From: Sphaerodactylus townsendi
Lineage: Eukaryota
DNA length: 64,000 bases
Direction of reading: 5' to 3'
NCBI RefSeq assembly: GCF_021028975.2
Contig: NC_059428.1
Coordinates: 41,974,001-42,038,000 of the forward strand
Below, in pieces: positions 30,301 to 41,700 of this stretch (positions are counted from its first letter, which is position 1; each line of letters opens with the position of its first letter). The translations under genes were made by a program, and so were the position numbers. Under the pieces are notes generated by a model that had not been told where the DNA came from, did not search any database, and saw nothing but the letters and a program-made list of their open reading frames with translations.

Positions 30301-30640
30301 TAAAGGCTAAGCTAGTCATTGTACTCCAAATCTACACATTTCCCTTTTTTCCTTAAGTGTATAGATTAAACTGAGCAGGATTAATGCTAACTGAAAGCTT
30401 TTTTATTAGTCATCACAAACTTTAAAAGATAAAACGTGTAGTGTGAAATAAGCTTTTCTGAGCCAGAGCTCACTTAGGACTGCAGTCATATGAAGAAGCC
30501 TGCTGGACAAGATCCAACCCCTTAGAAAAGCCTATAAAAGTACAATCTAAAATAGAGTTGTGCCGTTCTAAACCCACTGACATAATAGACTTAATGTGAC
30601 TCTATTTAGGATTTCAGCACAACTCACCTATTTTCTGCAT
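340..30640 (-). CDS. SENP7: SUMO-specific protease 7, N-terminal part (gene continues left of the window; catalytic domain not in window). Coding exons 5'->3': 30628-30640, 27424-27464, 26162-26269, 22780-22877, 16613-16810, 14370-14564, 7752-7861, 5817-5995, 4305-4623, 3205-3371, 1309-1443, 340-373
   Basis: All exons have AG/GT boundaries and their phases chain into one open frame. Peptides resemble human SENP7 as I recall it: IQSPLSRL, QPKVMLTNVLKTEVGRKY, AEPIVVSSDEE, VFIGKYKGTATGCI, YIKIPFE. Syntenic with TRMT10C and PCNP. The two most 5' coding exons are the least certain. Confidence 0.93.
1309..1443 (-). CDS. SENP7: SENP7 exon (ASTESPT...FIGKYKGTATGCIR), 135 bp
   Basis: cag|...|gtaagt, phase 0/0; resembles human VYIGKIKGASKGCV. 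Confidence 0.92.
2657..2955 (-). mobile_element. tRNA-derived squamate SINE (Squam3/MIR-like family)
   Basis: Minus-strand head with TAGTGGTTAAGAG and GGTTTGATTCCC (A/B-box-like) and a (CTT)n tail; related copies at 58366-58655 (+), ~62400-62550, ~28650-28820 and ~47610-48300. Confidence 0.8.
3205..3371 (-). CDS. SENP7: SENP7 exon (IVVSSDEEE, SIM-like), 167 bp
   Basis: tag|...|gtaata, phase 1/0; hydrophobic plus acidic SUMO-interacting-like motif, as in human EPIVVSSDEE. Confidence 0.9.
4305..4623 (-). CDS. SENP7: SENP7 exon (KEQSTEP...ESAEP), 319 bp
   Basis: tag|...|gtatgt, phase 0/1, open frame joining AEP|IVVSSDEE. Confidence 0.85.
5058..5560. mobile_element. Non-autonomous hAT-like DNA transposon
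   Basis: Terminal inverted repeats AGTGGTGGCGAACCT ... AGGTTCGCCATCACTG; TSD not evident. Confidence 0.7.
5817..5995 (-). CDS. SENP7: SENP7 exon (DCSIQNKERE...SSLPS), 179 bp
   Basis: cag|...|gtgagt, phase 1/0, open and phase-compatible with both neighbours. Confidence 0.8.
6478..7160 (-). mobile_element. L2-like LINE 3' fragment (related to 38246-40533)
   Basis: (TATT/TATC)n tail with a TGCCC...GGGCGG stem-loop, followed by sequence similar to 38520-38870. Confidence 0.7.
7752..7861 (-). CDS. SENP7: SENP7 exon (RYGRFHRR...CDVVLE), 110 bp
   Basis: Pyrimidine-rich cag| acceptor and |gtttgc donor; phase 2/1 bridges the 14370 and 5995 exons. Confidence 0.72.
8140..8400 (+). mobile_element. Degenerate Gypsy-type LTR retrotransposon integrase C-terminal remnant
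   Basis: WEQ..SYVDNWQHSLRDA...KNLAAA..KKLCYDRK...FTASDSVM resembles the Gypsy post-integrase signature (..NL..AQ..QK.YYD......F..GD.V). Confidence 0.5.
9219..9352. mobile_element. hAT MITE
   Basis: TIR CAGTGGTGGGATT...AATCCCACCACCG; 8-bp TSD ACTTAATC/GCTTAATC. Confidence 0.85.
9407..10108. mobile_element. Tc1/mariner (Tigger/pogo-like) MITE with an internal palindrome array
   Basis: TA|CCGTATAAACTCATGTATAAGCCGA ... TCGGCTTATACGCGAGTATATACGG|TA. Confidence 0.88.
14370..14564 (-). CDS. SENP7: SENP7 exon with second PxVxL (HP1-box) motif PKVTL, 195 bp
   Basis: RQPKVTLTNVLRTRTGRKY...; symmetric phase 2/2; cag|...|gtatgt. Confidence 0.93.
16613..16810 (-). CDS. SENP7: SENP7 exon with first PxVxL motif PKVML, 198 bp
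   Basis: QPKVMLTNVLKTEVGRKY...; symmetric phase 2/2; paralogous to 14370-14564. Confidence 0.93.
17363..17539. mobile_element. hAT-Charlie (MER20-like) MITE
   Basis: TIR CAGTGGTTCTCAACCT...AGGTTGAGAACCACTG; TSD AGCTATAG/AGATATAG. Confidence 0.88.
18194..18425. mobile_element. Tc1/mariner (pogo-like) MITE
   Basis: TA|CCCTGTTTCCCCGAATATAAGACA...TGTCTTATATTCGGGGAAACACGG|TA. Confidence 0.88.
22780..22877 (-). CDS. SENP7: SENP7 exon (WKLETRNN...ATTLG), 98 bp
   Basis: ctttag|...|gtaagc, phase 0/2, links the 26162 exon to the 16810 exon in frame. Confidence 0.78.
23515..23753. mobile_element. hAT MITE
   Basis: TIR CAGGGGTCTGCAACCT...AGGTTGCAGATCCCTG; perfect 8-bp TSD ATCCAGGC; related copy at ~50193-50624. 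Confidence 0.9.
26162..26269 (-). CDS. SENP7: SENP7 exon (FRIPKKK...IQSPLSRL...PLKE), 108 bp
   Basis: ttcag|...|gtaaag; resembles human VQSPLSKF..WTLPLQ. Confidence 0.88.
27424..27464 (-). CDS. SENP7: Probable SENP7 41-bp exon (VFERETNLIHVYSE)
   Basis: ctag|...|gtaagt, phase 1/0; fits between the ATG exon and the 26269 exon. Confidence 0.6.
27740..28110. mobile_element. Solo LTR
   Basis: TGTCAGG...TCTTACA termini flanked by 5-bp TSD AAAGG (27735-27739, 28111-28115); CpG-containing; AGTAAA near 28054. Confidence 0.75.
29199..29338. mobile_element. Palindromic MITE (PIF/Harbinger-like)
   Basis: GGGCACTTTTGCACATGCA...TGCATGTGCAAAAGTGCCC, near-complete hairpin. Confidence 0.75.
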
Positions 30641-30665
30641 AGTCTTGTTGGGGTTTTTGATTGTG
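30628..30665 (-). CDS. SENP7: Probable SENP7 start-codon exon (38 bp; ATG at 30640-30638, MQKI)
   Basis: ttccaaacag|...ATGCAGAAAATAG|gtgagt, phase 1; no ATG found on the minus strand of the CpG island upstream of its candidate donors. Confidence 0.55.
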
Positions 30666-32859
30666 CTGTTTGGAAATGATTAAACACACCATCGTACCAA
30701 TTAACCAATATGTTTATTTGGTTTTTGACCAGTTTAAAAAAAAGAATAAAACAATACACTCCATCCTAGTCTTGGGAGTAATGGTTGGGTTTTTTGGCTA
30801 ATGTCTGGTGTTGAGCTGCACATTAAGGGGTATCTTGTAGTTGTTTTACTATATTTGTTTTTAAGATAGCTTATTTGTAAACTGTTTTGAACTTCCTGGA
30901 GAGGAAGACACATATGTTTCAATAAATAATAATACCTCTGTCAGGTATACAAAACATCTCACTTCTGACACAGCAGATTCCAACTCATTTGTCAGTATTT
31001 ATGTGCCACAATAGCTTTAGTTACGAGTGTTAAAACTGTTTTTTACCTTAACCGATATTGCCTTGTTACTTTTACAGAAAGCTACCTCAAATTTTGGGGG
31101 AAATGATACATAAGGGCTTTTAAAAACAAATAGCACTGACCTTGTTTACATATAAGCACATGAGTTGATTTTGGAATGGCATATCACTAAGTAAACTGAG
31201 AAAGCAGACAAGCTGGGCACAAGATAAGTTCACCAAGAGAATATACAGAGGGGCTTGAATGCTAAAAGGGAACACCCCCACAAAGCCCTAGAGGAACAGA
31301 ATGCTATATGTTTTGTTGTACTTATATACATCTATTAAACAAAGAAGAGTCTTTTGGTTGAGAACTGACAACTGTGCTATACAAAAAAATATCGTTGCCT
31401 TCTCCTTGAATTCTCTGTTATCAAGACATAAATTCATTACTCACCCTCCCTCGCAGTTTGTTATTTGTGTTAAGCTATGTAAAGAATGTTTCTACACTGA
31501 GTTTTGACAAGAAATATGCTCCCCCTTTCTACAGGATTCCACTGGCAATTCCAGCAATTAATAACCTAATGTCTAATAACCCTGTATCTACCATTGTAAT
31601 ACATGTTTACCTTCTCTTTTCTCCAAGGAGTTGAGAGTGGTTGAATAAGTGAGTCGCCCAAGATCATTGAGCAAGTTCCATGGCAGAGAAGCCATGGATC
31701 CTAGTGAACCTGAATCCTAGTCCAGCCCTCTAACCAATACACTCAATAACCTGTCAGCTGAACCTATGTCACAAAATACATATGCGTAATCAATAGTGTT
31801 CAATATTAATCAGTAAGCACTTGTGTGTGTGTGTGTGTGTGTAAAGTGCTGTCAAGTCACAGCTGACTTACAGTGATCCCATGGAATTTTCAAGGCAAGA
31901 GATATTCAAAGGTGATTTTTATTGCCTGCCTCTTGTAGGCTGAGCAAGTTCTGAGAGAACAGCCCATGGTCATACAGCAGGCTTCATGTGGAGGAGTCAG
32001 AACTGTGTCCAGTTTTCCAAATTTGAGCCTATTACTCTTAACCACTACACCACACCAGTTGTATATTAAACATTTGGAGCTATTATATGACTTCTTCAGT
32101 TGTAAGTAGGATAGTAGAGCTTGGATTTTTCTGCACCCTTTTAATATACACTTCTTCAAGAAAATACATATATTTGTCCTCACTAACATATGCAAGTATG
32201 GTACAATAGCTGGGGGGGGGGGGTATTAATGAAGAATATTAACGTATAGCACAATGTCAACAATTAAGTGGGGAAGGGAATAACAGAAGCTACATGTAAT
32301 CACAAAATATAGCTCCTTAAGATCCACTCAAAAGGTATCAAACTTTTAAAACAAACTTTAACCATGGTCTGCCCTGCAGAAATTAAACAGCTTTTCCTAG
32401 GATAGAGACAGTTGTAATGCAAGCTATATCTGCTAAATTCCTAAAACTTTGCCACCAAAGTGCATCAATGAATACCCCAATCAGCAAATACTAACTCGCT
32501 AAAGCTTATGCTAGAATGACTCCTGTTTGTGTTTAAAGTACCACAGGACTGCTTTTTGTCACTGGGATACTTCTTGTACAATCCAGTAACAATACATGAG
32601 CCGAACAGCTGATTACTCCGGATCAAGCACACAACCAAAGTAAAGAGTGACAACCAGTATTGGGCGACCTAGCAAAAAAGACTCAGGACAATGAAATCAT
32701 GAAATTATTTCTCCCTCTGATTTGAGAGTGCAGTGAATTCCGCACAGCATATTTATAACGGGTTGCAATCGTTATAAATATGCTGTGCGGAATCTCAGTA
32801 AAAAACCTCTCCACCCACCTGACCACACTGACTCCCACAGGGCTGACACCCAAGTAAAC

Positions 32860-33430
32860 AAGCTGGTGCTCCTTATCTCGCCTCCTTCGCTACCGCCTGT
32901 CAAACAAGGGACGCAAGAGCCGCCCACGGGACAGCCAATTCTACTAAAGCCGTTTTCCCGCAAAGAGCCAACAAGCAGCCTGCAAGGAAGGGGCTTTTTA
33001 TGCCAGCCGGCCGGGAACGAGGCCACGACGCCTCCCGCCCCCTTTGTTGCTCACCTGGCTCCTCCACCTGTGCTCGCCTTTGTAGATCCCACGCAATCCG
33101 GACAAGGGCCAGGTTCTCCCCCTGTGGAGCCGCCCGCCCGTTTCCGCCGCAGGCCCCGCCCCTTTGGAACCCGGAAGAGCCGCGGGAAGCGGTTAGTTGC
33201 TAAGGATGTTTTTTCTTGTCTCACCCGGCAGGTCTCTGCGGGGCCTGTTGTGGGGCTCAGCCTCACGCCTTTCCCGCCGAAGTGGGGCCTCTCGGGCCTC
33301 CTTTCGCCCAAACAGCCCTCACTATCTCGGGCGTTGGCTCGCTGCGTTAATCTCCAGGGTCCTCCAACCACACGGCCTTTTTCCGCTATTTGCTTCCCCT
33401 CCCCTTGACGTAGTATGCGAAACTGTGTTC
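32860..33430. promoter_or_regulatory. CpG island; SENP7 promoter and non-coding first exon(s), probably shared head-to-head with FAM172B-like
   Basis: Local GC/CpG enrichment; GC box GGCCCCGCCC near 33152; ETS-like CCGGAAG near 33171; minus-strand splice donors (gtgag) near 33054 and 33224. Confidence 0.8.
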
Positions 33431-35545
33431 GCCTATTAATACGAGTGAAAGCTGTTTTGAAAGGCCTTAGGTGGTGGACTTGAAATTAACGAGCTATTTC
33501 TGAGTTTTCTTCAGTGTGTCATGCCTGGGGCATTAATAGCCATCGCAGAATTTATTTATTTTTTTTGTCCCAGCACTTGTTGGCTTGAACCTAAGCGTAG
33601 CGAGTTAAAACGCTAATAACATTTTGCTTTTTTTAAAAAAGGATGCTGTCAAATCCTTGGTGTACACTGTGGCTTAGGTTTAATTGTATCAATAGCTATA
33701 GCTCGAAGTGATTCACAACCATCTGAAATGGAAAGTGCCTAAAATTGGTTATTGGAGGAAAGTTAATAAGCAATATGTAACTTTGCACTGAAGTCCTGTG
33801 AACACAATTTTGACAGAACTCCAGCTGGCATTTGCACAGACATGCACAAAGTTCTTCACCTGTGTAGTAAATAGGACTGCTGCATCTTATGCTTATAAAT
33901 ACTTTTAACGTTTTTATTTATAATTTCCTTTTTTTATTCAGATACCAGGCAGGTTACAAAATTATAAACCAATATTATAAACCAATTGCAAAACAGTGCT
34001 TTGAGATGCAATCTTTGGGCCAAAATGTAGCATCCAAGGATGTTGGTGTGTCAGAAAATTAGGACTGTTTTTAATGGGACACTGAGTAGGTTTGGTGGGT
34101 AGATTCTAGTCCAGTACCATCTTAGAGATCAACAAGATTTTGGGAATAAAAGCTTTCAAGAGTCAAAGCTTCCTTTGTTGGATACATATGGATATAACCT
34201 CAAAATCTTGTTGGTTTCTGAGGAAAGACAAGTAGACAGGACTTTTTGAAATATCTACATTGTTTGATGTTTATTTGTCTATCTCCTTGTGGATGCATAA
34301 CCATTGCAATGTTGAGGGTACATTTGTTTGTGTAGTTTTAGACAAATAGACTAAAAATGTAAAGTATTTTGTAATTCTAAAATGGCAGAGACCTTTCCAG
34401 CCATCCCATGACAGTACTAATGTGAAATAGGTCATCCTGCTTCAGGAGTAGGGAAAAGATTTAGATGCCATCCAGTATGACATGCTAATAAATTCTTAGT
34501 GGCAGGTTGCATATGAATTCTTGTGCAAAATGCAAACTCATTTTTCGTAGTACAAGCAGCAGATTAGTCAATTCCTTCTATTGTGGTAGCAGAGGTGTAG
34601 CTGGGCCAGAGTGCCCCTTACCTTGGTGCAGGCTGGAGAAGTGGCCTGTTACCTCAGGCTGTAGACAGGACAACCAAAAATCCCATTTTGGGCCTAATTA
34701 TGCATCATAAAATAGAGGCAGCAAGATACAGAAAGGTTTTGTTTTATACTGATAGACTGTTTTTACATTACATAGAGTTATAGGTTAAGATTTCTTATTT
34801 AGAAGTATTAAGAATTGATTGGTTTCTTGTTAAAGAGGTTTTAAATGTACTTTTTTATATACTTTGGTTCACTCAAACCCAAAAGGAGGCCCCAGTTACA
34901 CAAAGGCTTTTGCCTTGCAGATGGCCAGCCAGAAAGATAACAGGATAAATCAGGTTAAAGGAATTTCAAGTGGCAGACAAACCCATTTGCAAAGTTGCAA
35001 ATACTAAGTATTCACACCAACACAGGCACAGGAAGAAGGCCATAACCCTTAGCAGTAGAAAGAGCATTTAGGCCCCAGTAATCAAAATAACAAAGAGCAA
35101 AATAACAAATAACAAAGAGCAAGACATTCCAAAACTATAAGCAACAGTTTCAATGCCCAATATGGGAATAGCTAAGTTTCGTTTCCAGGAATGCCCCATT
35201 GATAACTAGATGTGCACCAGGGGAGGAGAACCAGAAAAACATATTTTGTTATTCCAAGCAGACAGACGAAATATTCAAAGATAAGCAATAAGGATGACCC
35301 AGGATGCCAGGATGGTTGCAAAAACAATTAAACCATTAAGGTGCCTGGATGTCTCTGGAGTAGTCCTTGATGGGACTCGAGCGGCACATGATTGCCCTAT
35401 GATGTATCAATTATTGCCTGAAATGTGTGCTCTTGAAAGGGTATAAGAACTTTGTCTTTCACTATGCTCAGTGGGCTCAACTTCCCACTTCTGAATGGAC
35501 CCCTGACTCTCTCGAAATAAAAATATTTCTTCATAATATTTTCAG

Positions 35546-35591
35546 CCTGAAGGGAACAGGCCGCTTCTCCAGCCTGCACTGTTTCACAAAG
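35546..35591 (+). other. Candidate non-coding 5'UTR exon of FAM172B-like
   Basis: ttttcag| acceptor and AAG|GTAAGT consensus donor; lies between the CpG island and the FAM172B ATG exon. Confidence 0.45.
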
Positions 35592-36257
35592 GTAAGTGTG
35601 TGTGTGTGTGTGTGGGGGGGGGGTGCCGCAGGGCTGGGAGGGGGTGCTGCAGAGGTGGGAGGGGGCGCCACGGGGGGAATTTTCTGCCCCCCAGGTGCAT
35701 GCCCGCTGCAGTGTGCACCCCTGGCCCCCTGGTAGCTCTACCTCTGGGTGGTAGTGCTTAAAGAAAGGTGACCAGATGGTCACCTTCGTCAACCGGGACG
35801 GGTGGGCAGACCCCGCGGCGCTGCGCGCCAAGACACACTTCCGCTGTCAGCAGGAGCCCACTGTCCCTGGGCGCTGCCATTTCCCGCCCTGTCACAGGGT
35901 GGGAAACGGCAGCCCCCCAGAAGGCCATGCCCCCTGCCATGCAGAGCTGCCAGCACTGCCGCTTCCCACCCTGTGACAGGGCTGAAAACGGGCAGTGCCC
36001 CAGAAGGCTGTGCGCCTTCGCGCCGGGAGGCTGGCGACTGCCTCATGCCTCTGTAGAAGGCAGCAAAGGCAGCCTTCCAAAACCCGGGACATTGGGGAAA
36101 ACCCGCGGGACACGGGACAAGTTCTCCCAAGGCGTGAATGTCCCGCCAAAAGCGGGACGGATGGTCAGCTTAGCTTAAAGATATTTCAGGGGGCCACAAA
36201 CTGTCCTGATATACTATGTCGTGGTTCTCAAGATTATGCTGAAGCTTTTTCTATATA

Positions 36258-36503
36258 AGAACATAAGAACAAGCCATCTGGATCAGACCAGAGTCCATCT
36301 AGTCCAGCTCTCTGCTACTCGCAGTGGCCCACCAGGTGCCATTGGGAGCTCACATGCAGGATGTGAAAGCAATGGCCTTCTGCGGCTGTTGCTCCCGAGC
36401 ACCTGGTCTGTTAAGGCATTTGCAATCTCAAATCAAAGAGGATCAAGATTGGTAGCCATAAATTGACTTCTCCATAAATCTGTCCAAGCCCCTTTTAAAG
36501 CTA
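36258..36503 (-). mobile_element. CR1 LINE 3' end
   Basis: AAGAACATAAGAAC...CTGGATCAGACC...CCATCTAGTCCAGC, the reverse complement of a CR1 3' terminus; similar fragments at ~24505-24960 and ~52620-52960. Confidence 0.78.
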
Positions 36504-38245
36504 TATATGATATAAAGGCAACTTGCTTTAGAGATGAAATGTAGAATTCTTTGAAGTTTCAGGTGTCTACTTCAGAAGTAGTTTAATTGTTGAAGATGCA
36601 ATCTACTTTTCAATTTAAATTTCAGCAATGTTAGTTGTAGTAGAAACTATGAAGGCTATACTGAGTGTAAAGCTATCCTATTGTGTATATGTACAGCATG
36701 TGTATGCATTTTTCATGTGGGTCATTAAAATCCCAGTAGTAGATATTTGGGAGTCTTTTAAGAGTGTTGTAAACAAAACTTCAAAATAGTATTCAAACAA
36801 AAAGGAACCAGAATTGTGATACATAATAAAATAAGTTTTAAAAGCACTGGTCTGTGTTAAATGGCATAACATTTCCACAGCATATGAATACAGTACATAT
36901 TTTAAGTTTGATTTCTATCCAAGAAAGAATTGAAGAATGGGTTACAGAAATTGCTTCAGACCCTTAGAATGGGCACTACAATACAATACAATACAATACA
37001 ATAGACCTTTATTGGCATAAGAAACAAAAGCGTGAGTATAGGCCATCACTAAATTTAAAAGAGTTGTACATGGCGTCTATGAGTAGTTTTACATTCTAAA
37101 ATCACACTTCATTTATAAAAATAACGAAGATTAAAAACTTTTGTCCATTCCATTGTACATGGGCTTGTGAACAGGTATAGTAAAACTACATTTAAAAGAC
37201 AGGATTAAGATATTTGTTATTCATAGCCTATTTGCTAAAAAGGTATAGCCTTCCCCAAGATCTATAAATTGTATATACTACTTAATACTATAAATTAATT
37301 AAATTTCCATAAGATGCAATAAATATCAGTGAGCTCCTTATAAACACCTTCTAAAATACCCCAGGAGTATCAGAGGTATGGAGTATTTCACATTTAAATA
37401 GTTTTGTACTTGCCTATTTTACATACCTCTTAAGGACATGACTTGCAGCAAATAATTGGCTATTCTCCCAAGTATAGAAGGATTATTACTGTTTAACAAT
37501 TTTGGGATTGATATTTGGGGTACATTTCCATTATCGTATAGTACTAAAGCTTCCCTCTGGGGATTATATTTTGGGCAATAACATAAAAAATGTGGTCCAA
37601 TGTTTCCACCATGGTGGGACAGAAAGGGCATAATCTATGTGGATAGAGGCTGCTTCTCAACCGCCTTGCAAAAGGGCAGGGGAAAACATTGCATCTGCCC
37701 GTCAGTACCCAGCGTTGTTTAGAATCCGGGATTTGTAATAAGTATTTGGCCATCGTACAGGCTCAGGGTTTATACCAAAGTACAATGGGGAGCATGTTGT
37801 TGTTGCACGATTGATTAGATGTCGATACTCCTGATCATATAGTCTAAGTTTAATTAGGCTAGGCTATATTTGTTGGGGTCCTTTCAATACCAACTCTTCT
37901 TAATGAGAAACCCAATGAATTGAGTTTACCATTGATTATAATTCCACCACTCTAAGCTTTGGACTCCTAACTAAGGCCCTATGCATTTGACTTCAACTAA
38001 GGCCCTTGTAGCTGAAAGCATATCTTTATCCAAAACTTTAAAGCAAGTAGCCAAGCCCTGGTAGTTAATAGGTGCATGCCCCGCTTCTAAGCATAGCACT
38101 CTCATAAGGCACATAATACCAATGGGACTCCAAATATTTTGTAGAGAAATGCTGATTGTACCTTTTCAACCGCATTGGACCAAACGGTAATCCAGATCGG
38201 AACCCCGTAAAGGAGTTGTTGCAAGACTTTGGCCTGGAAGACCTT

Positions 38246-40533
38246 TATTTATTTATTTATTTATTTATAATTGTATTTATAAAACCGCCCCATCCCCTAA
38301 GGGCTCTGGGCGGTGAACAACAAGAATTATCAACAATATGATACGTAATAATACGAAACGCTTATTAAATATAGAAATTACATAAAATTACATAAAATTA
38401 CAGCCAGGATAAAACCATAAAACCATATGGCGCCTCCAAGTATTAAACTAATATTAAGAACTCCCGAAGAGAGAGGGGTATAGATGTTGTAGCTCCCAGA
38501 GTGGTATTAGAGGAGGCGACACACTATCAGCGCCAGCCTCCTAAGGTCTGGTGAACAATTCGTCTTTACAGGTTCCTCCTATGAACTTCCAAGACTTGCA
38601 GGCCCGACAGATGGTGGGAGAGTGTTCCTTATCTGCGGCTGGCCAGGGTCGCACCAACAAATTGGCCTCCTTCGCTGAGCCAGAGTCGCGGTAGGGACAT
38701 ATGGGGTAAGGCCAGTCCCGGTCGGCCCCAGGTCACAGTCTTAGGTTAATACCCATACCTTGTGGATGATCCGAACTCCACTGGGAGCCAGTGCAGCTGG
38801 CTAATACAGGCTGGATGTGATCATTTAGGCACCTCCTGTAAGTAGGCGCTGCTTGCCGCATGCTGACCAGTTTCAACCTCCGGATCAACAGGCTAAGGGT
38901 AGGCCAGCGAGCTTAATTACAATAGTTCAACTTGAGGTGCATTCGGCTGGATCACAGTGGCCAGGTCAGCTCGAGAGGAAGGGCCAGCCTGGCCGGGCCT
39001 GACGAGATGGAAAACGCAGCTCGGTTGTAGCGGCCCACCTGGGTCTCCATTGAAAGAGATCTAATCCAGGTGGACCCCCCAGGCTGGCGAACAGAGGGGG
39101 GCCGGTGCCACAGGCCCCTTCCCTAATAATCGGGCGGCTGGAACTCCCTAACCTCGGCCCCAGCCAGAGTGATCTCCTGGCTCTTCAATGGGTTTAGTTT
39201 TAACCTTCCTGCTCTGCTGCAACCAACCAGCCAATTTCCCAAACAGTGCTGTAGAGCTTGATACGCCCTCCATCAACAGAATGAGCTGAGTGTCTACTCA
39301 GCCATTGGTACAGATCAGCCCAAAAGCCCGCATCAACTGAGCAAGGGGTCGATATAGATATTAAATAATAGCGGGATAGAAGCTAATTCTGGGCACACCA
39401 CCGCACTGGCTGGCACCGCCGAGGCCTTCGGATCTCCGCGACCTCACTTGCTGAGTCCGTCCCCGAGAAACGATAATCCACTGAAGCTTAACAGCGCCCC
39501 GCGACCTCGAAACGCCAGGCGTGGGTCAAAAGATCGCGCTCCACTCACATCAAACGCTGCTGCAGTGAGATTCTAGTAACACCAGCAGCCGCATCCGCCT
39601 CGGTCAAGCTGCACACGGAGCGCATTCAGACGGCGACAAGAACGGCTCCCCGGCCCCTACGCCCAGCACGGAAGCCGGACTGGAAGGGGTCAAAGGTCGA
39701 TGTGTCCTCCAGGAAACCCTGAAGCTGCTCCAACATCATTCTCTCAATTACCTTCCCAGAAACCAAAGATTCGGTGACGCAATGTAATTGGCCAGATCTC
39801 CAGGATCTAACGGTGGTCTTTTTTTAAGAGTGGGCGACCACTGCCTCCCTTCAACCCACCCGAAAGACCTTGATCAAGGGAGCCATTGATGATATTCAAC
39901 AGGTGGGTCGTAGCTCCTCCCGCGACTTGGCGGCCAGGAGTGCACGTGATCCAGAGGACACAGGTAGGCAGGTCTTAACAGCAGCCAGGCCCCGCTCCAT
40001 TGCCGCCTCAGAGAGCAGGGCAAAACCGGCCAAACATACCTGAAGACGGCAAGGGAGCCTCCAGTTCACTCAATTGTAGCTGAAATAGCGGGAGGTCCCA
40101 TGAGTGACTTGACTTTATCTGCAAAAGCTCATAAAATGCCTCACAGCCTATAGCCACCATTGGCCTACAGACCTCTGAGGTAATGAGGTCAAAGATCGAA
40201 TCACACGCAAATACCGGTGTCATGCAGAGCTAGCAGACGCTTTAGAGAGGAGGAAAAGAAAAACTTTTGCCTCCTTCATCGCCAAGCACCCTACAGGCCT
40301 TCATAAACGCCCTATAAGATGTTCTCCGCCAATTCGCCACGAAGTTTCCACTTCGCCGACGCCTGGAGTTCCGTTTCATCCGGGCGAAGTCTCAGTATAC
40401 CAAGGAGCCAGCCGGGAACGTGGACGCAGAGGTCGCCGGGGAGCAACTACCTCGATGGCATCGGCTAGACGGGAATTCCAGTCAGCCACCTGCTCATCGA
40501 GTGTGCCGGCAGATTCAGGTTCCCGCAGAGCAT
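38246..40533 (-). mobile_element. 5'-truncated L2-clade LINE nested in the RTE-X element
   Basis: 3' stem-loop CCGCCC...GGGCGG plus (TAAA)n tail at 38246-38315; frameshifted RT motifs L(D)LTAAFD, CGVPQ..ILSP.LFNIY, (YADD)TQL; the host frame rejoins (HIPSAL|KVFQAK) when the insert is removed. Confidence 0.85.
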
Positions 40534-41249
40534 TAAAGCCGAGGGAATATGCTTTTGGCCTTTGGAGTAGAAAAAGTTATTCACTGCATTTATTGTGGCA
40601 GTACATCCCTTCACCGCTGCATTTCTATGATGTACCCATTTGGTGTTGAATTGAAGATGGATCCCTAGGTATTTAAAGGATTTAACCTGTTCAATGTGCG
40701 TTCAGTTTATAGACCATTTATGTATTTTAATTTTATTAGAAAAGACCATGATTTTGGTTTTTGCGGTATTTATATTTAAGCTGTTAGTTGTGCAGTAATT
40801 CAGCATTACTTTTGACATAAAGAAGGTTGAGACCAGCTCTAGTTCTTTTGAGAGTAGAATTGCATCATCCGCATAAAGCAGGATGGGAAAGTTGATGTTA
40901 CCTAGGACTGGACAACATGTGTTTATTGCTGTTAAAGTTGGAGCCAAATCATTTAGAAACAGATTAAAACAACGCGGGCGGCTAAAATACATCCTTGTTT
41001 TACACCGTTGTTGTTAAAATTTTGAGTGAGTGACTTCTCTTGTGCACGCCTCACCTGGGAATAAGTTTTATGGTGTAATAGTCTTTATCAAAGAGAGTAG
41101 TCTATTTTCTACCCCCAGAATTTCAAGTTTTCACCAGAGCTTGTTTCTTTCAACTGAATCAAACGCCCCCTGTAAATCAAGAAAGGCAATATACAGTTTG
41201 GAACGGCCTTTCCTGATGTATTTATGGAAAATTGAATCAAGGAGTAAAC

Positions 41250-41682
41250 TGTAGTCGACCCACGCGGTCAGCGAACGAGACGAGACGCGGAGATAACATC
41301 TGGTGGAGATCGCCAGCAGCGGGAGACCGAGGTCCGCGGTTCCCAGCTAAATCTCCGCCTGCCGTTCCTGGCACCTTTTATTGTTAATTTATCGGGGCGG
41401 AAGGAGGGAGTGCGACTGGGAGTTCCGGGAGAGCTGGAGGTCGAGATCATCAGGTGATGCATGATCTCATCTGGCTACGGCGGAGAAGAGCGACGCTGCT
41501 CGAGCCTAATCCTCACCTGGGGCAGATCATTGTCCCTTGGCACCGTGATTGAGCCAGACAGTTCCACCTGCGACTCATGGGGATGAGGAGGGTGCGATGC
41601 AACCGGGTAAGTGTCGTAAGCAGGTCCGCCATGCGTTAACGTTTTCGACACGGCACTGCTCGGTCGGCAGTGCACTACTACA
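41250..41682 (-). repeat. ERV 3' LTR
   Basis: Preceded on the minus strand by polypurine tract AAAGAAGGAGAGA (41683-41695); contains minus-strand AATAAA near 41380. Confidence 0.95.
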
Positions 41683-41700
41683 TCTCTCCTTCTTTACATT

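Noticed and set aside
32785-33408. 207-aa plus-strand ORF and overlapping ORFs in the CpG island
   Set aside because: Pro/Arg-rich with a non-ATG start and no recognisable domain; expected stop-codon depletion in GC-rich promoter DNA
34640-35400. Possible solo LTR
   Set aside because: LTR-like composition, but no matching TG...CA ends with a TSD could be found
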